A stretch of DNA of 64,000 nt, taken from contig CAJTUE010000003.1 in the NCBI GenBank assembly GCA_910579775.1, positions 79,653-143,652 on the forward strand. The letters are read 5' to 3'. Origin of the DNA: an uncultured Oscillospiraceae bacterium (GTDB lineage Bacteria; Bacillota; Clostridia; Oscillospirales; Oscillospiraceae). The translations under genes and the position numbers were made by a program. Shown here one piece after another: positions 42,219-52,138 of the stretch (positions are counted from its first letter, which is position 1; every line of letters begins with the position of its first letter). The notes beneath the pieces are model-generated. The model was given only the letters and a program-made list of their open reading frames with translations. It made no database searches and was not told where the DNA came from.

Positions 42219-42611
42219 TTGGGCTTTTTGCGGAGATTTCTCTATGGCCGCTATGGCGGCGACAACTTAGGCCGGGCGCTGATGGCTGCCTACCTGGCGA
42301 CGTATCTGATCGGGCTGCTGGCCCGATGGGGCGCGCTTTGCATTTTGAGCCTGCTCCCCGCCGGGTGGTGCCTGTTTCGTATGCTCTCCCGCAATCTCTC
42401 CGCCCGCCGCCGGGAAAACGACAGATATCTTGCCCTCACCGCCGCCCCGCGCCGCTTTTTGCGCCGCCGGCGGGCGATCCACGGCGACAAGACCCACCGC
42501 TATTTCAAGTGCCCCAACTGCGGCCAGCAGCTCCGGGTCCCCCGGGTCAGCGGGACGCTGAAAATCACCTGCCGTGCTTGCGGCGCCGTGTTTGAAGAAA
42601 AGATCAAATAA
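42219..42611 (+). CDS. membrane protein with a C-terminal zinc ribbon
   Basis: TTG start after GAGGTGA, two hydrophobic helices, and CPNCGQQLRVP...CRACG. Confidence 0.5.
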   Translation: MGFLRRFLYGRYGGDNLGRALMAAYLATYLIGLLARWGALCILSLLPAGWCLFRMLSRNLSARRRENDRYLALTAAPRRFLRRRRAIHGDKTHRYFKCPNCGQQLRVPRVSGTLKITCRACGAVFEEKIK

Positions 42612-42648
42612 AAACTGGGATGGCCCGAGAGCCGTCCCAGTTTTGTTT
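42611..42648. terminator. bidirectional terminator
   Basis: aaaactgggatggc - ccgaga - gccgtcccagtttt. Confidence 0.75.
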
Positions 42649-42652
42649 TGAT

Positions 42653-43036
42653 TCAAGCTTCTTTTTTCGTCCCGGCGGGTTTTTTGCCCCCCTCCAGGAT
42701 CTTTTCAACTCCGCCTACAAATCCGTGATAGACGGGCAAAAGCGCCTTCAGGTGGGCACGGCCCTTGTCGGTGATGTGGTAAAACTGCCTGCGGCGTCCG
42801 TCGGGGGCGTTGCAACGGTCCCCCTCCACGATGTGTCCAAATTCCAACAGGCGGTACAGCGCCGCGTAGGGAAACACGATGCTCAGCGCCTTATCCGAGC
42901 GCTCTTCCATCTCCCGTAGCAGCTGTCCGGCGTACATATCCTCTTCATTGAGCAGGGACAGGACCACCAGCTCGGTGACCGCCTTTTTCAGATTGTCCTC
43001 CATGCCCTGGGGTGCTCCACTTCTTGTCTTTGCCAT
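42653..43036 (-). CDS. PadR-family transcriptional regulator
   Basis: LVVLSLLNEEDMYAGQLLREMEERSDKALSIVFPYAALYRLLEFGHI, 127 aa. Confidence 0.85.
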   Translation of the reverse strand: MAKTRSGAPQGMEDNLKKAVTELVVLSLLNEEDMYAGQLLREMEERSDKALSIVFPYAALYRLLEFGHIVEGDRCNAPDGRRRQFYHITDKGRAHLKALLPVYHGFVGGVEKILEGGKKPAGTKKEA

Positions 43037-43168
43037 GCTTCGTTCCCCTCTTATAGCGGCTTGCGTTTTCTAGCAACTCCCACATAATAGCATAAAATTT
43101 TGGAAAACTAAAGGATTTTTTGTAAAATCACTGTATAAGATACCTTTTAGCGAAAAATTCCCTCTTAT

Positions 43169-44443
43169 TTATACCGCAGCCAGCGCCTTTTCCACGTCCG
43201 CCAGAATATCCTCCACATCCTCGATGCCCACAGAGAACCGCACCAAGTCAGGGGACACCCCCGCCGCTTCCAGTTCGGCGTCGCTCATCTGCCGGTGGGT
43301 GGTGGAGGCGGGGTGGAGGACGCAGGTCTTGGCGTCGGCCACGTGGGTGGCGATGGAGGCCAGCTCCAGTCCCGCCATAAATTTAGACGCTGCCGCGCGC
43401 CCGCCCTTCACCCCGAAGGACACCACGCCGCAGCAACCCTCGGGCATATACTTTTGCGCCAGGGCGTAGTCCGGGTCGCCCTCCAGGCTGGGGTGGCGCA
43501 CCCAGGCCACCTTGGGGTGGTTTTTCAGGTACTTGGCCACCGCCAGAGCATTGGCACAGTGGCGCGCCATGCGCAGGCTCAGCGTCTCCAGGCCGATGTT
43601 GAGATAGTAGGCGTTCTGCGGGGAGGGAATCGAGCCGAAGTCCCGCATGAGCTGAGCCGTAGCCTTGGTGATGAACGCCCCCGCCAGACCGAAGCGCTCG
43701 GTGTAGGTCACCCCGTGGTAGCTCTCGTCGGGGGTGCACAGGCCAGGGAACTTATCGGGGTATTTGGTCCAGTCAAACTTCCCGCTGTCCACGATGGCGC
43801 CGCCCACGGCGTTGGCGTGACCGTCCATGTACTTTGTGGTGGAGTGGGTCACGATGTCCGCGCCGAACTCAAAGGGCCGGCAGTGGACGGGGGTGGGAAA
43901 GGTGTTGTCGATGATGAGGGGCACGCCATGGTCGTGGGCCGCCTTGGCAAAGCGCTCAATGTCCAGCACGGAGAGCGCGGGGTTGGCCACGCTCTCCCCG
44001 AAAACCGCCTTGGTATTGGGGCGGAAAGCAGCGGCCAGCTCATCGTCGGAGCAGTCGGGGGAGACAAACGTAAAGTCGATCCCCATGCGCTTCATGGTCA
44101 CGGCAAAGAGGTTGAAGGTCCCGCCGTAGATGGTGGAGGAGGCCACCACATGGTCGCCGCAGGAGGCGATGTTGAACACGGCGTAGAAGTTGGCCGCCTG
44201 GCCTGAGGAGGTGAGCATCCCTGCCGTACCCCCCTCCAGCTGGGTGATCTTCGCCGCCACCCGGTCGTTGGTGGGGTTTTGGAGCCGGGTGTAGAAATAT
44301 CCGCTGGCCTCCAGGTCAAAGAGGGCGCCCATGGCCTCGCCGGTGGCGTAGCGGAAGGTAGTGGACTGAACGATAGGGATGTTACGCGGCTCCCCGTTTT
44401 CCGGGGTGTAGCCCCCGTGGATGCAGACGGTGTCTCGGTTCAT
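43169..44443 (-). CDS. metY: O-acetylhomoserine sulfhydrylase / aminocarboxypropyltransferase (PLP-dependent)
   Basis: ATG at 44441-44443 after AAAAGGAGG. MNRDTVCIHGGYTPENGEPRNIPIVQSTTF.. and ..HSTTKYMDGH.. (PLP lysine). 424 aa. Confidence 0.9.
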   Translation of the reverse strand: MNRDTVCIHGGYTPENGEPRNIPIVQSTTFRYATGEAMGALFDLEASGYFYTRLQNPTNDRVAAKITQLEGGTAGMLTSSGQAANFYAVFNIASCGDHVVASSTIYGGTFNLFAVTMKRMGIDFTFVSPDCSDDELAAAFRPNTKAVFGESVANPALSVLDIERFAKAAHDHGVPLIIDNTFPTPVHCRPFEFGADIVTHSTTKYMDGHANAVGGAIVDSGKFDWTKYPDKFPGLCTPDESYHGVTYTERFGLAGAFITKATAQLMRDFGSIPSPQNAYYLNIGLETLSLRMARHCANALAVAKYLKNHPKVAWVRHPSLEGDPDYALAQKYMPEGCCGVVSFGVKGGRAAASKFMAGLELASIATHVADAKTCVLHPASTTHRQMSDAELEAAGVSPDLVRFSVGIEDVEDILADVEKALAAV

Positions 44444-44477
44444 GGCAGCGGCCTCCTTTTTCTTACTCGGTGGGGCC

Positions 44478-44506
44478 ATTATAGCACGGTAAAACGGGAA
44501 AGACAA
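44478..44506 (-). promoter_or_regulatory. candidate metY promoter
   Basis: The minus strand reads TTGTCT - 17 nt - TATAAT with a TGn extension. The leader is only about 30 nt. Confidence 0.5.
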
Positions 44507-44553
44507 GCGAAATGTAGCGCGGCGCGCTCTGGGGATATCCCTTGCCCCTCCCA

Positions 44554-44582
44554 TTGCATTTTTCCTTCACCTATGGTAGAAT
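44554..44582 (+). promoter_or_regulatory. candidate promoter of the DEAD-box helicase gene
   Basis: TTGCAT - 17 nt - TAGAAT with a TGn extension. Confidence 0.5.
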
Positions 44583-44620
44583 ACTTCCAAATCCCATTTT
44601 ATACAAAGGATGTTTGCGAT

Positions 44621-45799
44621 ATGGAGATCAACGGCGAGCAAGTAAACGAGATACAGGACTACAAGGACATGGGCCTCTCCCCCGCCCTCATGGCGGCCAT
44701 CGACAAGAAGGGCTACGTCACCGCCACCCCCATCCAGGTGGGGGCCATCCCGCCCTTTATGGAGTGGAAGGACGTGATCGCCAAGGCCCCCACGGGCACG
44801 GGCAAGACCTTCGCCTTCGGCATTCCCATGGTGGAGCACACCGACCCGGAGAGCGACTATGTCTCCTCGGTGGTCCTGGCCCCCACCCGGGAGCTGGCCA
44901 TCCAGATCCAGGACGAGCTGCGGGACCTGTGCGCCTTTAAGGAGGGCGTGCGGGTGGTGTGCCTCTACGGCGGCGCCCCCATTGAAAAACAAATTCAAGC
45001 GCTCAAGAAAAAGCCCCAGATCGTGGTCGCCACGCCCGGGCGGCTCATGGACCATATGAAGCGGCGCACGGTGCGGCTGGACCAAGTAGAAACCGTGGTG
45101 CTGGACGAGGCGGACCGGATGCTGGACATGGGCTTCATCCGAGACGTGACCCACATCCTCGACCTCATGCCCCAGCGCAAAAACCTGGGCATGTTCTCCG
45201 CCACCATCTCCCGGGAGGTGCTGGATATCTCCTGGGTCTACCAGCGCGATCCGGTGGAGATCACCGTCCAAGCCGTGGCGGGCAACAAGCCGGACATCCA
45301 ACAGTACCGCATCGACGTAGACCGGGGAGATAAATTGGACATTACCGTCCAGCTTCTCAACGCCGGGGGCTATGAGCGGGCCATCGCTTTTTGCAACACC
45401 AAGAACATGACCGACCGGCTGGCCTCCCTTCTCCGCATGAACGGCGTCCAAGCCGACGCCATCCACGGCGACATCCAGCAGCGGGTACGGGAGAAGGTGC
45501 TCAAGACCTTCCGGGACGGCAAGCTCCGGGTGCTGGTAGCCACCGACGTGGCTGCCCGGGGGCTGGACATCGACGACGTGGACGCGGTGTTCAACTACGA
45601 CGTGCCCGACGAGAACGAATACTACGTCCACCGCATCGGCCGCACCGGACGGGCCAAACGCCACGGCGTGGCGTACACCCTGGTCAGCAGCGTCACCGAG
45701 AGCCTGAAAATGGACGACATTCAAAAGGGCACCCAAAACAAGGTCCTGCCCCTGAAATACGAAAACGGCGTGCTGCTGGAGCTGGAAGAAGAGAAATAA
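44621..45799 (+). CDS. DEAD-box ATP-dependent RNA helicase
   Basis: Motifs AKAPTGTGKT, PTRELA, DEAD (VVLDEADRM), SAT and HRIGRTGRA. 392 aa. Confidence 0.9.
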   Translation: MEINGEQVNEIQDYKDMGLSPALMAAIDKKGYVTATPIQVGAIPPFMEWKDVIAKAPTGTGKTFAFGIPMVEHTDPESDYVSSVVLAPTRELAIQIQDELRDLCAFKEGVRVVCLYGGAPIEKQIQALKKKPQIVVATPGRLMDHMKRRTVRLDQVETVVLDEADRMLDMGFIRDVTHILDLMPQRKNLGMFSATISREVLDISWVYQRDPVEITVQAVAGNKPDIQQYRIDVDRGDKLDITVQLLNAGGYERAIAFCNTKNMTDRLASLLRMNGVQADAIHGDIQQRVREKVLKTFRDGKLRVLVATDVAARGLDIDDVDAVFNYDVPDENEYYVHRIGRTGRAKRHGVAYTLVSSVTESLKMDDIQKGTQNKVLPLKYENGVLLELEEEK

Positions 45800-45833
45800 C
45801 GAAACGGACGGCGTGTTTGTGGCAGCAATGACA

Positions 45834-45875
45834 GAGGGACGGTTCTTCCTGTCGATATGACAGAAGAACCGTCCC
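45834..45875. terminator. long bidirectional hairpin between the helicase and cinA genes
   Basis: agggacggttcttcctgtc - gatat - gacagaagaaccgtccct. Confidence 0.75.
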
Positions 45876-45915
45876 TGCTGTCTTGTTGCGGACCGGTCGT
45901 CCGGGAACCCCCAGC

Positions 45916-47181
45916 CTACACCTTCAGTTCTGAAGGGAGCCCCGCCAGATACCGCCTTGTCATGTCGAAGGCGTGGTGGGCGGCGGTGGTGCGCACCCGG
46001 TCGCGGCTCTGGCCCAGGTGGAGCTCCCGGCAGAAGGTCCCTTCGGGAGTCGCCAGCGCCACATAGACCAGCCCCACCGGGTTGCCCCGCTCGTCGGAGT
46101 CCGGCCCGGCCACGCCGGTGGCAGAGACGGCCAGGTCGCTGCCAAAAACGGTCCGCGCCCCCTCCGCCATGGCTCTGGCCACCTCTTCGCTCACCGCGCC
46201 CTTCTCGTCCAGCAGTGTTTGAGGCACACCCAGCAGACCGCGCTTGACCTCGCTCCAATAGGTCACCGCACCGCCCTCGAACGCCGCCGACGCGCCGGGC
46301 AGATCGGTGAGCCGCTTGGCAATGAGCCCGCCGGTACAGCTTTCCGCGCAGGAGAGAGTCAGCCCCTTCTCCTTCAACGCCGCCAAAACGACCTCCTCCA
46401 GGCTGTCCACGTCCGCGCCGTAGATCAGGTCGCCAAAGATGGCCCGGACCTCTTCCTCCACAGGGGCAATGAGGGCGTCTGCCTCAGCGTCGCTCTCCGC
46501 CTTGGCGGTGATGCGCAGCTCCACCTCCCCCGTCTTGGCGTAGGGAGCCAGGGTGGGGTTGGTGAGCGCGTTCATCCGATCCCGAAGCCGCGCCTCTACC
46601 GCCGATTCTCCCATACCGAAAAGCTTGAGCGTGCGGGAGCGGATGGTCTCCCCGGACAGCTTCTGCAGATAGGGGACCACGTGGGCGCAAAACATGGGCT
46701 CGCACTCTCTGGGCGGGCCGGGGAGCATCACCACATGGCAGCCGTCCGCCTCGAAAATGCACCCCGGCGCAGTGCCCCAGTCGTTTGGGAGAATGACGCA
46801 CCCATCGGGGAACATGGCCTGTTGGAGGTTATTCTCCGGCATGGGAGCTCCATGGAGATTTTGTTCAAAATAGTCCCGGATGCGCTCCGCGCTCTCCTCG
46901 TGGAACACCAGCTTTTTGCCAAAGGCCGCCGCCAGCGTCTGCTTGGTGAGGTCGTCGCAGGTGGGGCCCAGGCCCCCGGTGGTGATGATGATGTCCGCCC
47001 GGCCTTTTGCGATGTCCACCGCCCGGCGCAGCCGCTCCGGGTTGTCTCCGACCACCGTCTGGTAGTAGACGTTCATCCCTAACTTGGAAAGCTCCCGGGA
47101 CAAAAATCGGGCATCGGTGTTCAAAATATTGCCCAGCAGCAGCTCGGTACCCACCGAAATCAGCTCCGCGTTGTGGCTCAT
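45916..47181 (-). CDS. cinA: CinA-family protein (MoCF-binding plus nicotinamide-nucleotide amidase domains)
   Basis: ATG at 47179-47181 after AAAGGAGG. MSHNAELISVGTELLLGNILNTDARFLS.. and ..SCAESCTGGLIA... Confidence 0.9.
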   Translation of the reverse strand: MSHNAELISVGTELLLGNILNTDARFLSRELSKLGMNVYYQTVVGDNPERLRRAVDIAKGRADIIITTGGLGPTCDDLTKQTLAAAFGKKLVFHEESAERIRDYFEQNLHGAPMPENNLQQAMFPDGCVILPNDWGTAPGCIFEADGCHVVMLPGPPRECEPMFCAHVVPYLQKLSGETIRSRTLKLFGMGESAVEARLRDRMNALTNPTLAPYAKTGEVELRITAKAESDAEADALIAPVEEEVRAIFGDLIYGADVDSLEEVVLAALKEKGLTLSCAESCTGGLIAKRLTDLPGASAAFEGGAVTYWSEVKRGLLGVPQTLLDEKGAVSEEVARAMAEGARTVFGSDLAVSATGVAGPDSDERGNPVGLVYVALATPEGTFCRELHLGQSRDRVRTTAAHHAFDMTRRYLAGLPSELKV

Positions 47182-47318
47182 GCTCCCGCCTCCTTTAGGG
47201 ATAGTATAGCACGGTTTTGCGGTGTTGACCACACAAAACCCTCCCGCCCCTTGCTTTTTCCCGCCTCTTCCCGTATAATGGGGAAAATGGTGTTCAGGAG
47301 GGAGGGAAGAAAGGTCAA

Positions 47319-48845
47319 ATGGTGTCCAAAATACGTTCCCTGGGGCTTCAGGGGGTCAGCGGTTACGAGGTCTCTACCGAGTGCGATCTGTCCGGTGGGC
47401 TGCCCAACTTTGACATCGTCGGCCTGCCCGACGCCGCCGTGAAGGAGGCCCGGGACCGGGTTCGCGCCGTCATCAAAAACTGTGGCTTTACCTTTCCCGT
47501 CTCCCGCATTACCATCAATCTGGCCCCCGCCGACCGCCGCAAGGCGGGGACAGTCTACGACCTGCCCATCCTGGTCGGCATTCTGGTGTCCGGAGGCCAG
47601 CTGCCCGCCCCCGAGGAGGACGCCGCCCTGGTGGGCGAGCTGTCCCTCAGCGGCCAGCTGCGGCCCATCACCGGGATGCTCCCTATGGCCATGGCCGCGG
47701 CCCGGGCAGGGATCAAGCATCTTTACGTTCCCGCCGACTCCGCCGCCGAGGCCACACTGGCAAAAGGCCCTGCCGTCTATCCCGTCCACGACATGGGCCA
47801 GCTGGCCCGCCACCTGCGGGGGGATGAGCGGATCGAGCCAGCGCCGGTGTGGACGCCGCCAGCCGCCGACCGCGAAGGCCCCGACTTCAGCCAGGTCAAG
47901 GGCCAGCACGCGGCCAAACGCGCCCTGGAGATCGCCGCCGCTGGCGGCCACAACCTTCTGATGTCCGGCCCTCCCGGCTCAGGAAAAAGTATGCTGGCCC
48001 GCCGCCTGCCCTCCATTCTTCCCGACCTGACCATGGACGAGGCCCTGGCCACCACCGAGATCTATTCCGTTCTGGGCCTCACCACTGCGGAGGAGCCGCT
48101 GATCGTCCACCGCCCCTTCCGGGCCCCTCATCACACCATCTCCAACATGGGCATGGCGGGCGGCGGCAATCCGGTGCCCCGACCGGGAGAGATCTCCCTG
48201 GCCCATAACGGTGTTCTCTTTCTGGACGAGCTACCCGAATTCCACAAGGACGTCATCGAGGTCCTCCGCCAGCCCCTGGAGGAAGGAAGGGTCCAGATCA
48301 GCCGAGCCACCGCCACCGAGGTATTTCCCAGCCGCTTTATGCTGGTGTGCGCCATGAACCCCTGCAAGTGCGGCTGGTACGGCCACCCCTCCGGGCGGTG
48401 CAAATGCTCCCCAGGCGCGGTGGCAAAATACACCCAGAAGCTCTCCGGCCCCCTTCTGGACCGCATCGACCTCTTCATTGAGGTCCCCGCCATGGAGTTT
48501 GACGAGCTGGCCGCAAAGGATTCCAAAGAGGAATCATCTTCCGAAATTCGACAAAGAGTTAACGCCGCCCGCCGCATTCAGGTGGAGCGTACCGCAGGCA
48601 AAGGCGCAAGCTGCAACGCCCAGCTGGGCCCCGAGGAGCTGAAGGCCCACTGCGCCCTCAGCGACGACTGCCAGGCCATGATGAAGTCCGCCTTCGAGCG
48701 GCTGGGACTCACCGCCCGCAGCTATGACCGCATCCTCCGGGTGGCCCGCACCATCGCCGACCTGGATGGAGCGGAGTGCATTGAACTGCCCCATCTGGCG
48801 GAGGCCCTGCAATACCGACAGCCGGCGGCGTGGATGTCCCGTTAA
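47319..48845 (+). CDS. comM: YifB/ComM-family Mg-chelatase-like AAA+ ATPase
   Basis: 508 aa. LMSGPPGSGKSML (Walker A), GVLFLDELPEF (Walker B) and a CxxC-rich insert. Confidence 0.9.
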   Translation: MVSKIRSLGLQGVSGYEVSTECDLSGGLPNFDIVGLPDAAVKEARDRVRAVIKNCGFTFPVSRITINLAPADRRKAGTVYDLPILVGILVSGGQLPAPEEDAALVGELSLSGQLRPITGMLPMAMAAARAGIKHLYVPADSAAEATLAKGPAVYPVHDMGQLARHLRGDERIEPAPVWTPPAADREGPDFSQVKGQHAAKRALEIAAAGGHNLLMSGPPGSGKSMLARRLPSILPDLTMDEALATTEIYSVLGLTTAEEPLIVHRPFRAPHHTISNMGMAGGGNPVPRPGEISLAHNGVLFLDELPEFHKDVIEVLRQPLEEGRVQISRATATEVFPSRFMLVCAMNPCKCGWYGHPSGRCKCSPGAVAKYTQKLSGPLLDRIDLFIEVPAMEFDELAAKDSKEESSSEIRQRVNAARRIQVERTAGKGASCNAQLGPEELKAHCALSDDCQAMMKSAFERLGLTARSYDRILRVARTIADLDGAECIELPHLAEALQYRQPAAWMSR

Positions 48846-49099
48846 AGGCACAAGGCCATCAGCCGCATACCAAGGCACAGGCCCATGTGGAAGATAAACG
48901 TCTTTTCTGTTGCCCCGCACTCCAGCGCGGCAAACCAGATCTTCTCCCCTTCCTCATCGCCCAACGCCGCGCACAAGCGTTCATATTCCGGCTCGGTGTC
49001 GGCCATCCTCTGCCGCATGATCGCCTCGTGCTTCAGATCGTTTTCTACTGTCAGTTCATATAGGCTGTCCAACAGCTCTTCCATGTCCATGTGTGCCAC
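48842..49099 (-). CDS. small hypothetical protein divergent from an XRE regulator
   Basis: 85-aa ORF MAHMDMEELLDSLYELTVEND..FIFHMGLCLGMRLMALCL. No family assigned. Confidence 0.4.
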   Translation of the reverse strand: MAHMDMEELLDSLYELTVENDLKHEAIMRQRMADTEPEYERLCAALGDEEGEKIWFAALECGATEKTFIFHMGLCLGMRLMALCL

Positions 49100-49176
49100 C
49101 TCAATTTTGAGATTATTTTATTCTCAGTTTGGATTATAGCACACTGTTTCTTTTCGTCAAGGGGGTAATGTGAAAA

Positions 49177-49398
49177 ATGTCGGATTTTGGGTCGCGGTTT
49201 CGGGAGCTGCGGAGGGAGCGAAAGCTCAATCAGGATGAAATGGGAGCAGTATTCGGTGTAACGCGGCGCACGATCTGTGCTTACGAACATGACACCCTCC
49301 ACCCTGACTTCAAGGGCCTGCTGTTCATCGCGGAATACTTCGGGGTGTCCCTGGACTATCTTGTCGGCTGGTCGGACGAACGCGACGTGCGGCGGTAG
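49177..49398 (+). CDS. XRE-family HTH transcriptional regulator
   Basis: FGSRFRELRRERKLNQDEMGAVFGVTRRTICAYEHD, 73 aa. Confidence 0.8.
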   Translation: MSDFGSRFRELRRERKLNQDEMGAVFGVTRRTICAYEHDTLHPDFKGLLFIAEYFGVSLDYLVGWSDERDVRR

Positions 49399-49453
49399 CG
49401 GTGGATCCCAACCCCGCCCACTCCATTGTATCATGTAAAAAGAGGTACACATC

Positions 49454-50632
49454 ATGAAAGAAACCATCCTGTTGAAATTGGGCGAGATCGTCCTCAAGGG
49501 AGCCAACCGCCGCAGCTTTGAGGAAAAGCTGATGCACAACGCGAGGCGGCGGCTCAAGCCCTTCGGGAAGTTCAACGTCTACACCCGCCAGTCCACCGTC
49601 TATGTGGAGCCCCTGGACGAGACCTGCGACATGGACGGAGCCTACGCCGCCATGGAGCACCTCTTTGGCGTGGTGGGGCTGGCCCGCAGCTACCCCTGCG
49701 AAAAGACGGTAGAGGCCATGCGGGACGCCGCCCAGACCTATCTGGCAGACAAGCTCAATGCCGCCAAGTCCTTCAAGGTGGAGTCCAAGCGCTCGGACAA
49801 GACCTTTCCTATGACCTCCATCCAACTGTCCCAGACGGTGGGCGGCGACCTCCAGGATGCCTTCCCCCACCTGAAGGTAGACGTACACCACCCGGAGGTC
49901 ACCGTCTATCTGGAGGTGCGTGACTTTGCCGCCTACGTCCACGCCGACCCCGATCCCGGCGCGGGCGGACTGCCCGTAGGCATCGGCGGGCGGGCGGTGT
50001 GCCTGCTGTCGGGGGGGATCGACTCCCCTGTGGCCGCCTATATGATGACCAAGCGGGGCCTGGGGCTGGAGATGGTCCACTTCTTCTCCTACCCCTACAC
50101 CTCCGAGGCCGCCAAGGAGAAGGTCTTTGACCTGACCCGGAAGCTGGTGCCCTGGTGTGGGCGGCTCACCGTCCACGTGGTGCCCTTCACCAAGATCCAG
50201 GAGGAAATGCGCCGCGTTGTCCCCGAGGAATACTTCACCCTGGTCATGCGCCGCTTTATGATGCGGATCGCCGAGGCGGTGGCGGAGCGCACCGGCTGCG
50301 GCGCGCTCATCACCGGGGAGAGCCTGGGCCAGGTGGCCAGCCAGACCATGCAGGCTATGGCCTGTACCGGGGCGGTGTGTACCCTTCCCGTGTTTCGCCC
50401 CTTGGTGGGCATGGACAAGGAGGAGATCGTCCGCGTGGCGCGGAAGATCGACACCTTTGAGACCTCTATTTTGCCCTATGAGGACTGCTGCACCGTCTTC
50501 ACTCCCAAACACCCCAGGACCCGGCCCCAGCTGGACGAGGTGGTGGCCGCCGAGGCCGCTCTGGACATTGACGCTCTCGTCCAAGAGGCTGTAGACGGCA
50601 TCGAACGGGTCTATTTCACCCCAGAAAAATAA
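49454..50632 (+). CDS. thiI: tRNA 4-thiouridine(8) synthase
   Basis: THUMP-type N-terminus and PP-loop LLSGGIDSPVAAY. 392 aa. Confidence 0.9.
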   Translation: MKETILLKLGEIVLKGANRRSFEEKLMHNARRRLKPFGKFNVYTRQSTVYVEPLDETCDMDGAYAAMEHLFGVVGLARSYPCEKTVEAMRDAAQTYLADKLNAAKSFKVESKRSDKTFPMTSIQLSQTVGGDLQDAFPHLKVDVHHPEVTVYLEVRDFAAYVHADPDPGAGGLPVGIGGRAVCLLSGGIDSPVAAYMMTKRGLGLEMVHFFSYPYTSEAAKEKVFDLTRKLVPWCGRLTVHVVPFTKIQEEMRRVVPEEYFTLVMRRFMMRIAEAVAERTGCGALITGESLGQVASQTMQAMACTGAVCTLPVFRPLVGMDKEEIVRVARKIDTFETSILPYEDCCTVFTPKHPRTRPQLDEVVAAEAALDIDALVQEAVDGIERVYFTPEK

Positions 50633-50692
50633 CAAAGAACAGCGCAAGAGGACCGGCCCGCAGGCCGGTCCTCTGTTCATTACGCGGGAAGG

Positions 50693-51964
50693 TCACTCTT
50701 CTTCAGCCGTCTCTTCCTCCCGGGCCACCTGAACATTGATCTCCAACACCCGGCGGTGCTCGATCTTGGTGATGGTGACGTGGAGGTTTTCGTAGTCAAA
50801 GCTGTCCCCCTCCTCGGGGATGCGGCCAATCTGCTCCAGCACCCAGCCGGACACCGTAGCGCTGTCGCACTCGCCCTTGAGGGAGAACAGCTCATAGAGG
50901 TCGCTGAGGTCGGCGGAGCAGGCGATGGTATAGGACCCGTCGGCGTTTCTATGAAAGGTCTCTATGACCTCGTCGTGCTCGTCCCAGATCTCGCCCACCA
51001 ACTCCTCCAAAATATCCTCCAGGGTCACGATCCCCTCGGTGCCGCCGTACTCGTCCACCACCACGACCATATGGTTCTTGCTGGCCTGAAGAACCCGCAT
51101 CAGGTCGGAAATTTTCGTCCCCGGCGTGGTACAGATCACCTCGCCGTAGATGGCGGAGAGGTCGGTCAGCCCCCGGTAGCGGGCGGCATAGAAGTCCTTT
51201 TCATGTATGATGCCGATGATGGAGTCAATGGTCTCCCGGTATACCGGCAGGCGGGAATACCCCGTTTGAACAAAGCGGATGGCCAACTCCTCGGGGGTGA
51301 TATCCTCGGGAACAGCCTCGATATCCACCCGGGGGGTGAGGATCTCCCCCACCTCCAGATCGTCAAACTCAATGGCGGCGCGGATGAGCTGGCTCTCGTG
51401 GGCGTCCAGGCCGCCCTCGTCCTCCGCCTGCTCCACCATGGCGGTGATCTCCTCGTCGGTAATGCCGCTGTCCTCCGGGGCCTGAAACAGCTTGGACATA
51501 GCGTTTTTCAGCTTAGTAAAGAGAAATGCTAACGGAGTAAACACCTTCACCAGCAGGCCCATGATAGGGGTGGAGAACATGGCAAAGCTCTCAGGCCGTT
51601 CCTTGGCAATGCTCTTGGGGGTGACCTCTCCGAAAATGAGCACCAGCAAGGTGAGCACCACCGTGGACACTGTGGGACCGTAAGCCCCGCCCAGCAGTCC
51701 GGTAAAAAACACCGTAGCCACGGTGGTAGCCGAGATGTTCACGATGTTGTTGCCGATGAGGATGGTGGTGATGAGCTTGTCGTAATCCTCCGCCAGAACC
51801 AAGCACTTCCCGGCCCTCCTGGCCTTAGCGCCATCGCTGTCCGCCCAACTTTTCAGGCGGATCTTATTCAAGGAAGAAAAGGCAGTCTCGGTGGCGGAGA
51901 AAAAGGCGGACAGCATCAGCAGCACCAAAAGCGCCGCCACCATCATAATACTGGGTATGTCCAT
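50693..51964 (-). CDS. CNNM/TlyC-family membrane protein (DUF21 + CBS pair + CorC_HlyC)
   Basis: 423 aa. The N-terminal TM domain reads ..[14 protein letters not shown].., followed by CBS-like repeats and a C-terminal transporter-associated domain. Confidence 0.85.
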   Translation of the reverse strand: MDIPSIMMVAALLVLLMLSAFFSATETAFSSLNKIRLKSWADSDGAKARRAGKCLVLAEDYDKLITTILIGNNIVNISATTVATVFFTGLLGGAYGPTVSTVVLTLLVLIFGEVTPKSIAKERPESFAMFSTPIMGLLVKVFTPLAFLFTKLKNAMSKLFQAPEDSGITDEEITAMVEQAEDEGGLDAHESQLIRAAIEFDDLEVGEILTPRVDIEAVPEDITPEELAIRFVQTGYSRLPVYRETIDSIIGIIHEKDFYAARYRGLTDLSAIYGEVICTTPGTKISDLMRVLQASKNHMVVVVDEYGGTEGIVTLEDILEELVGEIWDEHDEVIETFHRNADGSYTIACSADLSDLYELFSLKGECDSATVSGWVLEQIGRIPEEGDSFDYENLHVTITKIEHRRVLEINVQVAREEETAEEE

Positions 51965-52138
51965 GTGGACAAATCAACTCCTATGTTTCAAGTTTCCCGG
52001 TAAAATACCGAGTTTAGGGGATTATAGCATATGTAGCGCCAATGCGCAAGTACCCCTTGCCAAGGCCAAAGCCTTTATGATATACTATTATGTAGTATTA
52101 TGGAAAGTCGTAACCATCCTCGAAAGGGGTGTTTGCCC

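Noticed and set aside
44444-44620. A SAM (S-box) riboswitch or T-box upstream of metY.
   Set aside because: The promoter-like TTGTCT-17-TATAAT lies only about 30 nt from the start codon, and the whole divergent intergenic region is about 175 nt. There is no room or motif for an S-box or T-box leader.
49325-50680. A 451-aa minus-strand ORF overlapping thiI, and a 174-aa ORF at 49051-49575.
   Set aside because: These lie opposite clear thiI and XRE coding sequences. They have low-complexity G/H/L/P-rich translations and no start context.
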